Source: Candidatus Undinarchaeota archaeon (lineage in GTDB: Archaea > SpSt-1190 > JASMDC01). From it: DNA of 64,000 bases. Both the position numbers and the translations under genes were made by a program. Below are positions 1-10,093 of the stretch, one piece after another (the first letter of the stretch is position 1; each line of letters opens with the position of its first letter). The notes beneath the pieces were generated by a model. The model saw only the letters and a program-made list of their open reading frames with translations, ran no database searches and was not told where the DNA came from. The stretch is from contig CAZFHY010000014.1 of assembly GCA_964519305.1 (NCBI GenBank), positions 1 to 64,000 of the forward strand, written 5' to 3'.

Positions 1-170
1 CTCGGACGTTAAATTATTCGGAATGTGATCCCTCGGGGATTGATGGGTAAAAAGAATGACATGACGTTGAATCGGGGGGAAGCGAGATGGTTCGGATACT
101 CAGTCATCAGGAAAGAATCCACTCGAAGGACCGCTGCAAGATGACGCGGTCGATCTCATCTAGAGGCTGA

Positions 171-1883
171 ATGATGTCAGAAACGCAACGGGAATCCATA
201 ACTGACGTATCCGGGACCACGTTCAGCTCTCGGATGGAAATGGTCCTGCTCGTGTGCCTATTATTGGTCGGATTCTATGTGAGGACCGTAGGTATCGACT
301 TCGGGCTGCCTCTCCTTTTCCACCCTGACGAGCCGTTCATCGTGGAACGCACCCGGCGTATGGTCGAGACCGGTGACATGAATCCGCACGCGTTCAATTA
401 CCCCACGTTGTTCATGTACCTTCTCTACCTCATTTTCAAGGTGCAGTACGTCGTTCTCGAAGAGGTAACGCGGTCGACCCTGTACCTGACCGCTCGCACG
501 TTCGTAGCGCTCATGGGTTCGCTCTCAATCGTTACGTGCTATTTCATCGGAAAGGAACTCTACGACAGAGAGACCGGCCTGATCGCCGCGCTCATCATCT
601 CGCTCGTACCGATGGCCGTGCGTGATTCGCATTTCGCCACCGTGGACATCCCTCTCGTCCTCCTCGTCACGCTCGCGTTCTACTCGATCGCCCTTATCCC
701 GAGAGAGGGCACGTTGAGGCGCTATCTGATATCCGGAGCGCTGGCGGGTTTGGCGACATCGATAAAATATAACGGTGGGCTCTTGATCCTTCCTTTGTTC
801 GTGGCGTTCCTCTTGGATACCTGCCGGAGCCATGCGGGACACGACGTTCAGCTGACCGGGGCCGATGGACGCCTTCCATCGATTACTCTGTTGCTCGATC
901 ACTGTATGAAGAAGGGCGACCAGAGGAGGCTGGTCTTTCCGGGTATCGAGAGACTCGCACTTGCGTTCCTGGCCATGGCGCTAGCATTCATGTGTACGAC
1001 ACCGTACGCGGTCCTCGATTCCGATACATTCATGAAGGACCTCGGGATGATGAGCGCGTTCGTGAGGGGGGGCCACGGGGTCACTTTCACCGGTACAGCA
1101 TCGGGCTACATCTATCATCTGCAGCATTCCCTCAACACAGGTCTGACGACCGGAGTGGAAATTGTCTGCATTGCAGGATTTCTTGTCATCCTCACCGATA
1201 TCCTGTCGAGAAGGACAGGCACTGAAACCGGATCGGGCCTCCTGCTGATGTCCTGGATCGTTCCCTATTACATGATAATCGGTACATGGGAGGTTAAGTT
1301 CGACCGATATGTGATGCCCCTACTGCCGTTCCTGTCGGTATGCGCCGGCGTTCTCATCCATCGGCTCTCGGTCCTACTGGCGGGGATAGCATCGGAAAGG
1401 TGGCATGTCTCACGGATAAAGCCCCTCGGCGCCTTCATCATCTGTTTTTCAGTCTCTTTGCTGATTGTCGATCCGTTGCGTGCGACGAAAACCATAAACA
1501 ACGACTTCCTCAAGCTGGACACGCGCCAGGTCTCATTGCACTGGATCGGCCGGAACATCCCGGAGGATTCGTCCTTCTTCAGGGAGCCGTACACTCCGGA
1601 CATCGAGCTACTGGATAGGTATAACGTGACGCGGTTCAACTATGAGATCGAACGGATGTCGCTCTCCGAGATTGCTGCTGCTGACTATCTCATCATCAGC
1701 AGTGATGTCTACTCGCGCTATTATTCCCACCCCGAGGACGCTCAGGAGCAGATCGACTTCTATGACTCAATCCACTCTGACTTCCATCTGGTGAGAGAGT
1801 TCCACCCGAACGAGACCACGAAGGGCCCGATCATCAAGCTGTTCGCAACGGAAGAGCACGACCGCGAGGTGTTGGACACTTGA
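171..1883 (+). CDS. GT-C fold membrane glycosyltransferase (PMT/ArnT, family 39/83-like)
   Basis: Polytopic membrane ORF with FGLP..HPDE loop motif after TM1, SHFATVD, KYNG and RYVMPLLP motifs typical of PMT_2-like enzymes. Confidence 0.85.
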   Translation: MMSETQRESITDVSGTTFSSRMEMVLLVCLLLVGFYVRTVGIDFGLPLLFHPDEPFIVERTRRMVETGDMNPHAFNYPTLFMYLLYLIFKVQYVVLEEVTRSTLYLTARTFVALMGSLSIVTCYFIGKELYDRETGLIAALIISLVPMAVRDSHFATVDIPLVLLVTLAFYSIALIPREGTLRRYLISGALAGLATSIKYNGGLLILPLFVAFLLDTCRSHAGHDVQLTGADGRLPSITLLLDHCMKKGDQRRLVFPGIERLALAFLAMALAFMCTTPYAVLDSDTFMKDLGMMSAFVRGGHGVTFTGTASGYIYHLQHSLNTGLTTGVEIVCIAGFLVILTDILSRRTGTETGSGLLLMSWIVPYYMIIGTWEVKFDRYVMPLLPFLSVCAGVLIHRLSVLLAGIASERWHVSRIKPLGAFIICFSVSLLIVDPLRATKTINNDFLKLDTRQVSLHWIGRNIPEDSSFFREPYTPDIELLDRYNVTRFNYEIERMSLSEIAAADYLIISSDVYSRYYSHPEDAQEQIDFYDSIHSDFHLVREFHPNETTKGPIIKLFATEEHDREVLDT

Positions 1884-2617
1884 GCCTGAGGAAGCTGCAA
1901 GAGAGCTGGGACGAGTTCGGGAGGACGGATCCCCTGTGGTCTATCGTGACCTTCCCCCAGAAGAAGGGGGGCAAATGGGAGCCTGACGAGTTCTTCGCGA
2001 CCGGTGAACGGGAAATCACTGTCGTCATGGACTATCTTGGGACACTCGATGTGGAGTTAGCTTACGATCGGGCGCTCGACTTCGGTTGCGGCGTCGGAAG
2101 GTTGTCGCAGGCGCTGGCCGCCCACTTCGATGAGGTCGTCGGCGTCGATATCGCACCGTCCATGATAGAGCTTGCGAAGAAGTACAACCGCCAGGGGGGC
2201 AGGTGCACGTTCGTCCTGAACGAATCCGACGACCTCGAGCTGTTCGATGACGGATTGTTCGATTTCATCTACTCCAGCATCACTCTCCAGCACATCGAAC
2301 CGAGGTATTCCAAGAACTACATCCGGGAGTTCCTAAGATTGATACGGCCTCGCGGCGTCATCGTATTCCAGCTCCCTTGCGCACCAGCTCCGACGGTTAG
2401 GCAGGCGATAAAGCAGACGGTTCCTCAGAGCATGCTGGAGCTGTACAGATGGCTGAGGCACAAGAACGGTCCCCGAATGGAGACACACACGGTCCCACGA
2501 GATGAGGTCAACGGACTCGTAAGGGACAGCGGGGGAGAGGTCGTTGACGTCGTTGAGGATGAATTCGCTGGAAGGGACTGGATCAGTCTCAGGTACTGCA
2601 TCACTAAGAGGAAATAA
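1880..2617 (+). CDS. Class I SAM-dependent methyltransferase
   Basis: ALDFGCGVGRL motif I, GVDIAPSM, FDFIYS..TLQH; TTG start overlaps upstream stop by 4 nt. Confidence 0.88.
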   Translation: MSLRKLQESWDEFGRTDPLWSIVTFPQKKGGKWEPDEFFATGEREITVVMDYLGTLDVELAYDRALDFGCGVGRLSQALAAHFDEVVGVDIAPSMIELAKKYNRQGGRCTFVLNESDDLELFDDGLFDFIYSSITLQHIEPRYSKNYIREFLRLIRPRGVIVFQLPCAPAPTVRQAIKQTVPQSMLELYRWLRHKNGPRMETHTVPRDEVNGLVRDSGGEVVDVVEDEFAGRDWISLRYCITKRK

Positions 2618-2788
2618 TCATCATGGAATGATGACCCGGGCCTTCACGAGACCAAGCATCTAGGACCTTATCCTTGATCCAAGGAGAACTCGATCTGGAT
2701 GACTCAGTCGGATAACATCATCCCGAAGTCCGTTCGGTGGGCGCCGTTATCAGAAGGAAATAAAAACAAGAGGTTCCAGCCGTAGGAC

Positions 2789-3580
2789 GTGGGTGAGGGG
2801 AAAGGGGGAGGCAACGGACTCATTACCACCATCAAGAACGGGATCATCCATTCATACCTGTGGGTCCGTACGAAGCCGGAGCGTTTCTGGATCATCAAGT
2901 TCATGGAGTTCGCCTCACATGAGGTGAAGCCTTCGGAGAGGATGCTTGATGCAGGGGCGGGCACGCATCCTTACAGGGAGCACTTCGCCCACGCACGATA
3001 CGAATCAACGGACGTTGCTTGCCATGGGAGAGCGGATGCGGAATACGACTTCATCTGCGACCTTGAATCGATACCGGTGCCTGACAATTCATATGATGCG
3101 ATTATCAATACACAGGTGCTTGAGCATGTCGAACACCCTCAGAAGGTCATCGACGAGTTCCACCGCATCCTACGGCCCGGAGGGAAGCTCTTCTTGACCG
3201 CTCCGCAAGGATGGGGCATCCATGAAGCTCCACGTCACTTCTTCAATTTCACTAAGTACGGGCTGGAGTCATTGTTCACCTCCGCGGGCTTCAGGATTGA
3301 ATTCATTCGGCCCCATGGGGGCATGTTCTGTTATCTGGGTCATCGGCTGAGGATCATACCGTCATACATATTCCATCAGTACTGCTACGGGCCGTCCGGT
3401 GAGTTTGATCCGGGTGTTGTGGCGCTTATCATCTTCCCCTTCTATGTATTGACCACCCCTCTCTTCCGTCTGATGACCTTGATCCTGTTCTACTTCGACT
3501 TTCTAGACAAGAAGAAGGATTTCACGCTCGGATACAACTGCTATTGTGTTAAGGGGGCCAAGAGTGGTGTATATGGATAG
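2789..3580 (+). CDS. Class I SAM-dependent methyltransferase (surface-glycan-cluster type)
   Basis: LDAGAG motif, YDAIINTQVLEH, RILRPGGKL, HEAPRHFFNFT; start uncertain. Confidence 0.82.
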   Translation: MGEGKGGGNGLITTIKNGIIHSYLWVRTKPERFWIIKFMEFASHEVKPSERMLDAGAGTHPYREHFAHARYESTDVACHGRADAEYDFICDLESIPVPDNSYDAIINTQVLEHVEHPQKVIDEFHRILRPGGKLFLTAPQGWGIHEAPRHFFNFTKYGLESLFTSAGFRIEFIRPHGGMFCYLGHRLRIIPSYIFHQYCYGPSGEFDPGVVALIIFPFYVLTTPLFRLMTLILFYFDFLDKKKDFTLGYNCYCVKGAKSGVYG

Positions 3581-3594
3581 GTACGTAATACTCA

Positions 3595-3864
3595 GTGGTC
3601 CATAATCAGGTGTATGGGATGCCCTTACGTGGTCCATAATTTCAACAACAAGTATGGGGCGGGGTCATTTGAGCCCAAATTGTTGTTAAAATCACTCACA
3701 GAGGTAGGGAAGCGCCCGGTTCCTAAAACTCGGTCAAGTCACTGACGTGTCACGTCATACTGCGACATACCGTATTCGTCCCTGAAGAAAAAAAGTGGAC
3801 ATGTGTCGGTTGTGGGTGATCCCCCAAGATCCAGCGACGTTCGTGACACGTCATAGTGCGACAT
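3595..3864. repeat. Intergenic direct and inverted repeats, probably regulatory
   Basis: GTGGTCCATAAT at 3595 and 3629; palindrome TGACGTG-T-CACGTCA at 3743-3757; CACGTCATA(C/G)TGCGACAT at 3751 and 3847. Confidence 0.55.
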
Positions 3865-3966
3865 GATGGTACCGTCGCTGAACGCTGGTGGGGCGACATT
3901 GACGCGAAATAATTACTGGGCTCTACACCATTCACTGGAATTCGAAACGTTTTTATACAACCTGCC

Positions 3967-5118
3967 GTGCTAAGACATGGCAGGATTCTCCTGGGCTTGG
4001 AACACCCTGGAGGAAAGGGGACATTGGGGGTACGAGAGTTGTACGAACTGAGCGAGAGCACTATAGAAAGCGAGGAAGGGGCCGGGGAAAAGTACGCTGT
4101 GCTCATTTGTGGCATGGCGGACAGTTCTTCCTTCTACAACAACATCTCATTTGTCCATGACATGCTGCTGGAGAAGGGGTACAAGGAAGAGAACATCACA
4201 GTCCTCTACGACCGCGGGGAAGATCCGGAGTCGTTCGAGGTGGTCCGTGCCCAGGGCGAGTCCAAGATAGGAACTGCGAGATACGTGCCCGCCTCCACCT
4301 ACGGCTTCAGCCCACGCGAGAAGGGGATCGTGGACGGTGCGGCCGACCGCGAGACCATGACCAAGGTGTTCGCCGACCTCGGCGAGAAGGTCACCGAGCG
4401 CGACGAGCTGTTCGTGTACGTCACGGACCATGGGGGACGCGTCGGCTCGGGACACAAGGCCGAGAGCACCATCGTCGTCACCGATCCGGTGAAGGAAGCT
4501 GAGAATAGCACAGAGGAAGGGAGCAACGCGTACCCTCTCACCGTTGGGTTCGAGCCGGAGTACAACACCAAGGCCGACGAGGACGATGAACCACGACCTG
4601 ATCCTGATGAGCTGGAGAACCAGTACAGCGACCTCACGGACGAGGAGCTTCTGTCCTTGTTCTACGGCACTGACATTGACGGGTTCGAGGGCTTCGGCAA
4701 CTTGGGTGGTTTCGGCAGCTACGACGAGATCACCGAGTCCGAGTTCGCCCAGATGATCAAGCCCATAAAGGCTAAGAGCGAGATCATGGTGTTCGACCAG
4801 TGCCACTCGGGCGGCTTCGCCGACCACTTCGGCAGGGGCAACCGCGTGGCCGTCTCGGCGTGCCGTGCCAACGAGTCATCCTACATATCGCACCCGATGG
4901 ACGGGTTCCCGGCAGCGTTCTTCGGCGCTCTCCGGGGACGTGATTTCGAAGGAAACGCGATCGATGCGGACCTCAACGGCGACGGCAAGATCTCCATCAA
5001 GGAGGCCTACCAGTACGCGCTCGAGAACGATGAGTTCGCCAACGGTGACGGGTACTACACTGAGCACCCGCTGCTCATCGCCAGGAACCGCGACGCTGAC
5101 GAGGCGTTCATCGATTAG
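3967..5118 (+). CDS. Clan CD cysteine peptidase (C13 legumain/caspase-like)
   Basis: KYAVLICG, VYVTDHGG (catalytic His), FDQCHSGGF (catalytic Cys), C-terminal DADLNGDGKISIKE Ca-binding-like loop; real start may be the TTG near 4024. Confidence 0.8.
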   Translation: MLRHGRILLGLEHPGGKGTLGVRELYELSESTIESEEGAGEKYAVLICGMADSSSFYNNISFVHDMLLEKGYKEENITVLYDRGEDPESFEVVRAQGESKIGTARYVPASTYGFSPREKGIVDGAADRETMTKVFADLGEKVTERDELFVYVTDHGGRVGSGHKAESTIVVTDPVKEAENSTEEGSNAYPLTVGFEPEYNTKADEDDEPRPDPDELENQYSDLTDEELLSLFYGTDIDGFEGFGNLGGFGSYDEITESEFAQMIKPIKAKSEIMVFDQCHSGGFADHFGRGNRVAVSACRANESSYISHPMDGFPAAFFGALRGRDFEGNAIDADLNGDGKISIKEAYQYALENDEFANGDGYYTEHPLLIARNRDADEAFID

Positions 5119-6512
5119 GCGAGCGGGGCCGCGATCCCGTACGTGACGTATGCCATGTAGAGCGATAGCGCCAGGCCCGACCATACGGCGAAACGGTGGC
5201 CTGCCCGAGGGAATGCGCTGACGGCCATCTCAACGAGCCCGGCCGCCATGAGCACCGATGCCTGAGGAAGGAGAAGGACGAACCAACCGGGACCGTACGC
5301 ACCTGTCAAGCCCTCCACGAACGGGTGGGCCAGCACGTAGGCGACCATGGGGACAAGGAACAGGAGCAGTATTACGCCCTGTTCTACAGAGATGAGCGCC
5401 TTCCATCCTCGCATGAGGAACACCCCTGCTCCCATCACGACCAGGAAGGCTGCAAGATAGGTCGGACTGCCCTCCGTTACCCCAGGCCACGCAAGCGATC
5501 GTGCGAGATGCCCGCCCTCGTCCACCGCCCGGGCGAGACCGAGACCGGGTCCACTTACCATCGGGATACGTCCGAAGATAAACGATAGCGCGATACAGCA
5601 GGTGAGGATAACCCACACCACTGAATGAGCCGCGGTCACTGCGCCCTCGCTCCTGAGCATGACCGCAAGGATGATAATGACGAGGAAGGGGAGGAGAACG
5701 GGGACGATCGTCCGCTTCGCCGCAGAGGCCAGCTCACCCGGATCATCAGCACCGTATGCCCATGCTCCGTAGGGCAGGAGCAGTGTTGCGAGGAAGAGCA
5801 CGGCCGGTACCATGTGTCTTGCCGGAACGGACCGACCGAAGATGGCCCTGGCCACGGCCGCCGCTGGGATGAGGAGGAACGCGAGCGGCTCGAGCTGGAC
5901 TGCGCATCCCAGAGCGAGCCAGAGTGCCGCCAGAGGTCGTGCTCTGCTGGTCCGCAGAGAACTGACCATCGACAGCGCAACCAGCGAGACGACGAGCGGG
6001 AGGTAGCCCAGCTGCCATGGCCCGAGAGCGTACCGGGTCACGGTGAGCGGGAGAGTGAGGTGGAACAGTCCGGCAAGGAGCCCCATCTCGACACCCCCTA
6101 CCGCGCGACCGATGCGTGATACCAGCACGGTGGTGGCGAGGTGCACGAGCAGCATGACGTACACTAATGGACCGGTGCCCGTGCCCGCTACGATTCCAAC
6201 GGCGATATGAAGGAGCGTCCCGAGAGGTCCTGTTGGGACGCCCAGCGCTCCGGCCGGGCCCATGCGTGGAATAGAACCTTCCTCAAGTGCCTCACGTGCA
6301 AGGGATGCAACGGGTGCAATGGTGGTCCGGGAGACCGCACCAGGTGCTACCCAGAGGCCGAACAACAGGGCCACGACGAGAGCCCCGGCAAGGATATGCT
6401 CCGGGTCCGGAGGTTCCAGCACCCTTCTTGCGGTCACGCTCCCTTGAAGGACCTCCCGCTTAATAAGGATGCCGTCGGGCCGACGGTTCAGAGCCGGTCG
6501 AAGATCTGACAC
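5115..6512 (-). CDS. Polytopic membrane protein, GT-C/ArnT-like (divergent)
   Basis: Many TM segments; PRMGP..GVPTGPL loop resembles ArnT-like proteins; the usual acidic DE pair is not evident. Confidence 0.55.
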   Translation of the reverse strand: MSDLRPALNRRPDGILIKREVLQGSVTARRVLEPPDPEHILAGALVVALLFGLWVAPGAVSRTTIAPVASLAREALEEGSIPRMGPAGALGVPTGPLGTLLHIAVGIVAGTGTGPLVYVMLLVHLATTVLVSRIGRAVGGVEMGLLAGLFHLTLPLTVTRYALGPWQLGYLPLVVSLVALSMVSSLRTSRARPLAALWLALGCAVQLEPLAFLLIPAAAVARAIFGRSVPARHMVPAVLFLATLLLPYGAWAYGADDPGELASAAKRTIVPVLLPFLVIIILAVMLRSEGAVTAAHSVVWVILTCCIALSFIFGRIPMVSGPGLGLARAVDEGGHLARSLAWPGVTEGSPTYLAAFLVVMGAGVFLMRGWKALISVEQGVILLLFLVPMVAYVLAHPFVEGLTGAYGPGWFVLLLPQASVLMAAGLVEMAVSAFPRAGHRFAVWSGLALSLYMAYVTYGIAAPLA

Positions 6513-7372
6513 TTGAGCGCGACAGCAGTACTGAGGCTATGCCCTTCGAACATAACGGAGCGGACGATGTTCTGGATGTAGAACCGGGTGGCCGCGTTGG
6601 GCGTCTGCACCGTGAGGCCGTCCATGATGGCGGTACGCTCGTCATAGGGCTCGATCGTGCACTTACGCCGTTCGGCCTCCTTACGCACCTGACGTGCGAG
6701 CTCGCTGATGTTCACGAACACCATGACTACCACCTTTTTTCCTTTTACTAGGCGACGGGCTTTCGGCCAAAGCCAACGGGTATATGGCCGCTCGATGCCC
6801 AGGTCCTTGTCCGTTCCTATCGTGAGCGAGGATGGGAGCCAGAGATCACGGATCCCGGCCTCTCGCTCCAGGCGCTCGGTGGCCTGTTCGAGGGGCTCGC
6901 CGGCAGGGATGCACGCGATGAACATACCCGGCTCAGGACGTGTGTAGGCGGCCGAAGCCTGCTGTCTGCATCGGAGGACCGTGCGGGCCAGACGATCTCG
7001 CGGACGGAGCAGCTCGTTTCGGAGCGGGAGGTCCAGGGTCATCCGGAAGGGACGTCCACCAGCAAGCTTCTGGGCGAGCGCTTCGTTCTGTTCGTCCTCT
7101 TCCAGGTGGGGGACGATGTGGATCACGCTCCCTTCGTTACTGGCGCTGAAGATCGCGTGGGGTACTGGGGGCGCCCCTCGATGAGTGAAACTGAGCCGGG
7201 TCCGCATCTCGGCCGGTGTGTCCGCAGCGACCTCCCAGTAAACGTCAACAACGTACCCCTGTTCCTCCAGTCCCTGGCGGATGGACTTGAGGTTCTGGTC
7301 GATTTCCGGGAGCAAGGGTGGTATATTGATCAGCAGCTGCGTGCTCGATATCTGCTCATCGGTCCCATCCAT
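6488..7372 (-). CDS. Hypothetical protein
   Basis: 294-aa ATG ORF preceded by GGAGG, overlapping the next gene; no recognised motif. Confidence 0.6.
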   Translation of the reverse strand: MDGTDEQISSTQLLINIPPLLPEIDQNLKSIRQGLEEQGYVVDVYWEVAADTPAEMRTRLSFTHRGAPPVPHAIFSASNEGSVIHIVPHLEEDEQNEALAQKLAGGRPFRMTLDLPLRNELLRPRDRLARTVLRCRQQASAAYTRPEPGMFIACIPAGEPLEQATERLEREAGIRDLWLPSSLTIGTDKDLGIERPYTRWLWPKARRLVKGKKVVVMVFVNISELARQVRKEAERRKCTIEPYDERTAIMDGLTVQTPNAATRFYIQNIVRSVMFEGHSLSTAVALKCQIFDRL

Positions 7373-7483
7373 GGTTTTTCCCCTCCAGTTCGATGATTAT
7401 CCCCGTTCGCATTTAACGTTTTCGCCCGGATCGCCCCGTTCGCTGTCGAAGCCGTTAAATTGGTTGCTATCCATAAGGACGTC

Positions 7484-8182
7484 ATGACCGATGTGCCATG
7501 GTACGTGGATAACTATCAGATGTTCATCCTCATCACGGTCCTCACGCTCGGTCTCTTGGCCATCGATATAATGGATGTCACGGAGCAGCAGCCCCCCGGA
7601 CCCACTTGGGAGGAACGCAACGCCGATCGCATGGCACGCATGGAGGGGGCTTCGACAGACGAGCTCATCGAGCTCCTGGAGGAGGACGAGAACGATCCGT
7701 ACCCCGGTTCCAAGAAGTCGTCCCCGAAAGATCCCATGGGCGAGGTCAAGGTGTTCGGCAGTATAATCGTCATCGCCCTCTGCTACGGCTGGTACAAGAG
7801 TTTCCAGCGGTACAAGGAGGTGGTCGACGCCCTCGGTCCGCAGCTGGCCGCGGTGGAGGTCGTGAAGTTCATGTGGCACACCAGCCTCCACTGCACGACC
7901 TACGACGGCAGGGCTTTCTACCTCTACTACTTCGGCGGGTCCAAACACTCGCGTGCATACTATGAGCTGTGGATCGATGCAATGTCGATGCCCAACATCA
8001 CAGGGGCAGAACAGTACGTCGGCGCTATCGACCATCTCGATTCTATCCGTGCGCTCCCGGGGGACACCGATGGAAGCTGGAAGCTCACGGCCCGGCTGTC
8101 GGACGCGTGGTTCACCTCGGAAACGCCTGACATCCTCAAGACGCTGGACGCTCTCTACACGCTGAGGGACCAGCGAAGGTGA
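7484..8182 (+). CDS. Membrane protein of unknown family, paralogue 1
   Basis: 2 TM plus domain HTSLHCTTYDGRAFYLYYFGG..RAYYELW; ATG about 25 nt after a TTAAAT box. Confidence 0.75.
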   Translation: MTDVPWYVDNYQMFILITVLTLGLLAIDIMDVTEQQPPGPTWEERNADRMARMEGASTDELIELLEEDENDPYPGSKKSSPKDPMGEVKVFGSIIVIALCYGWYKSFQRYKEVVDALGPQLAAVEVVKFMWHTSLHCTTYDGRAFYLYYFGGSKHSRAYYELWIDAMSMPNITGAEQYVGAIDHLDSIRALPGDTDGSWKLTARLSDAWFTSETPDILKTLDALYTLRDQRR

Positions 8183-8231
8183 CGGGCGGGTCCGGCTCAT
8201 CTATTTATTGGTAGCCGCGTATACTGTGAAC

Positions 8232-8825
8232 ATGGTCGAGGTCCCCTGGTACGTGGAGAACTACCGGGCGTTCCTTCTCGCGGCTATTCTGGGGGTCGTG
8301 CTCTTTCTTGCACCGTTGTTCCCATGGACGTTCAGTCCGTACCTGGACGACTGGGTGGACCTGGTGGAGAGCGTGGACGAGCCCGGGTTCTTCCTGGTCA
8401 TCGCCACGCTACCAGGGTTCATCGGTTATTCCTACTTCAAGACATTCCAGCGGTACTGGGAGGTCGTAGAGGCCCTGGGTGACCGTCTGGTATCGGTGGA
8501 GGTCGTGGACCTGATGCGTCACACCAGCCTACACTGCACGACCTACGACGGCAGGTCGTTCTATCTCTACTACTTCGGAGGCGCCAAGCATGTGCGCGCC
8601 TACTATAAGCTGTGGATCGACCTTCCCGGCAAGCCATCGCGCTTCGACGACTCGCCGCATGTGGAGGCCATCGACCACCTGATGGGTATCGAGGTGGAGT
8701 ATGGTGACCAGGAGGGACAGGACAGGCTTGTCGCCAAGCTCTCCGACCAATGGTTCGTATCCGAGACGGAGGACATCCTGGCCTCGCTGGACGTGCTCTA
8801 CAAGATACGTGACGAGAAGCGGTAG
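8232..8825 (+). CDS. Membrane protein of unknown family, paralogue 2
   Basis: HTSLHCTTYDGRSFYLYYFGG..RAYYKLW shared with its neighbours; own TTTATT box. Confidence 0.78.
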   Translation: MVEVPWYVENYRAFLLAAILGVVLFLAPLFPWTFSPYLDDWVDLVESVDEPGFFLVIATLPGFIGYSYFKTFQRYWEVVEALGDRLVSVEVVDLMRHTSLHCTTYDGRSFYLYYFGGAKHVRAYYKLWIDLPGKPSRFDDSPHVEAIDHLMGIEVEYGDQEGQDRLVAKLSDQWFVSETEDILASLDVLYKIRDEKR

Positions 8826-8876
8826 CATTCCGGCCGGTGCCGTAGCTATTTATTGGTTGCATCGCACACAGTGTGT

Positions 8877-9467
8877 ATGGCGGAGATCCCCGCGCACATC
8901 GAGCGGTACAAGCAGTTCCTGGCGGTGGGTATAGTCGTGGGGCTCTTCATCACGAGCTCGTACTTCAATGACAAGCTCCCTTGGGGCGAGACCATCGTGG
9001 ACTTCTTACCGACCGAGGGTCCCACGGCTTTGCTCGTTCACATCGCCCTCCTCGTGATCGGCCTCACCAGCCTCCTTCTGGCTTTCGTCGGCGAGCGGTT
9101 CGTCTGGGCCCTCGACGCCCTCGAACCCCGCTTGGGCACGGCCGAGGTCCACGGCTCTATGTGGAGCTGGACCCTCCGCTGCACGACACCTGATGGGAGA
9201 AGCTACTTCTTGTACTACTACCCCGGAAGGAAGCGTGTGCGGCCCTATTACGAGCTCTGGCTTGAGCTGTTGGCAGAGATTAAAGACCTTGATGGGGGCG
9301 AGCACGTCACAGCCATCGACCACCTTGAGAGCATAGCCGTGCGGCCGGGGGAGGGCGGGGGACCTGCGAGACTGATCGCTCACCTCAATGAGAGCGCAAT
9401 AACGACGGACGCTCTTCTCAGGACCCTGGACGTTCTGTTCGAGCTCAGGGACCACACGCGGCACTGA
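8877..9467 (+). CDS. Membrane protein of unknown family, paralogue 3
   Basis: WTLRCTTPDGRSYFLYYYPG..RPYYELW and AIDHL shared; own TTTATT box. Confidence 0.75.
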   Translation: MAEIPAHIERYKQFLAVGIVVGLFITSSYFNDKLPWGETIVDFLPTEGPTALLVHIALLVIGLTSLLLAFVGERFVWALDALEPRLGTAEVHGSMWSWTLRCTTPDGRSYFLYYYPGRKRVRPYYELWLELLAEIKDLDGGEHVTAIDHLESIAVRPGEGGGPARLIAHLNESAITTDALLRTLDVLFELRDHTRH

Positions 9468-9477
9468 GAACCAGCTA

Positions 9478-9933
9478 TCAGTTGACCCGGATGCTCTGCT
9501 CCTTGATCTCGTTCAGGATCAGGTTCGTCTCCGTCCTTTCGATGAACTCGTACGTCTGGATCTTCTTCAGGAACGCGTCCATGGACTTCCTGTTCTTGAA
9601 CTTGGCGATGATGACAGCATCGAATTGCCCTGTCACGTCGTAGACGGCAAAGACGTGCGGATTGACCGCGATCTTCTTCTCGACCTCGAACAACTTACCC
9701 TTGGAGATCCTCAGCTTGATGATGATGCTCACATCATACCCGAGCTTCTCGTAATCGAAGACGGCGCTATAGCCCTTTATCATCCCTTCCTTCTCGAGCC
9801 ATTTGATCCTCTTCTGGACCGTGACCACCGAGACGCCCACCTGTCGTGCGATCTCTCTGTACGATAGCCGTGAGTTAGCCAGTACGGCGTTCAATATCTT
9901 CTTGTTGACGTCGTCGATTTCCACGGTTGACAC
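9478..9933 (-). CDS. Lrp/AsnC family transcriptional regulator
   Basis: IDDVNKKIL..NSRLSYREIA HTH, G.IKGY...DYEKLG, YDVTGQFD RAM domain; divergent from glnA. Confidence 0.92.
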   Translation of the reverse strand: MSTVEIDDVNKKILNAVLANSRLSYREIARQVGVSVVTVQKRIKWLEKEGMIKGYSAVFDYEKLGYDVSIIIKLRISKGKLFEVEKKIAVNPHVFAVYDVTGQFDAVIIAKFKNRKSMDAFLKKIQTYEFIERTETNLILNEIKEQSIRVN

Positions 9934-9961
9934 CTGTTAGCTTCTGAATGGAATAATCTAA

Positions 9962-10011
9962 CAAACTTTATCAAACTTTACATTATTTCGAATAATTACT
10001 AACAATTGTTA
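9962..10011. promoter_or_regulatory. AT-rich lrp/glnA divergent control region with palindromes
   Basis: CAAACTTTA twice (9962, 9972), ATTATT-TCG-AATAAT (9982-9996), perfect TAACAATTGTTA (10000-10011). Confidence 0.6.
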
Positions 10012-10093
10012 ACTAATTCTCTCGATATATTAATATCCGTTAATCGTCTTATTCAAAGTGCGTGCTTTGAACGTACTATGGAGGGATGAGAGA

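Noticed and set aside
7484-9467. DGR or recombinational variation cassette among the three paralogues
   Set aside because: No reverse transcriptase or recombinase, and differences are not adenine-specific; simple duplication suffices.
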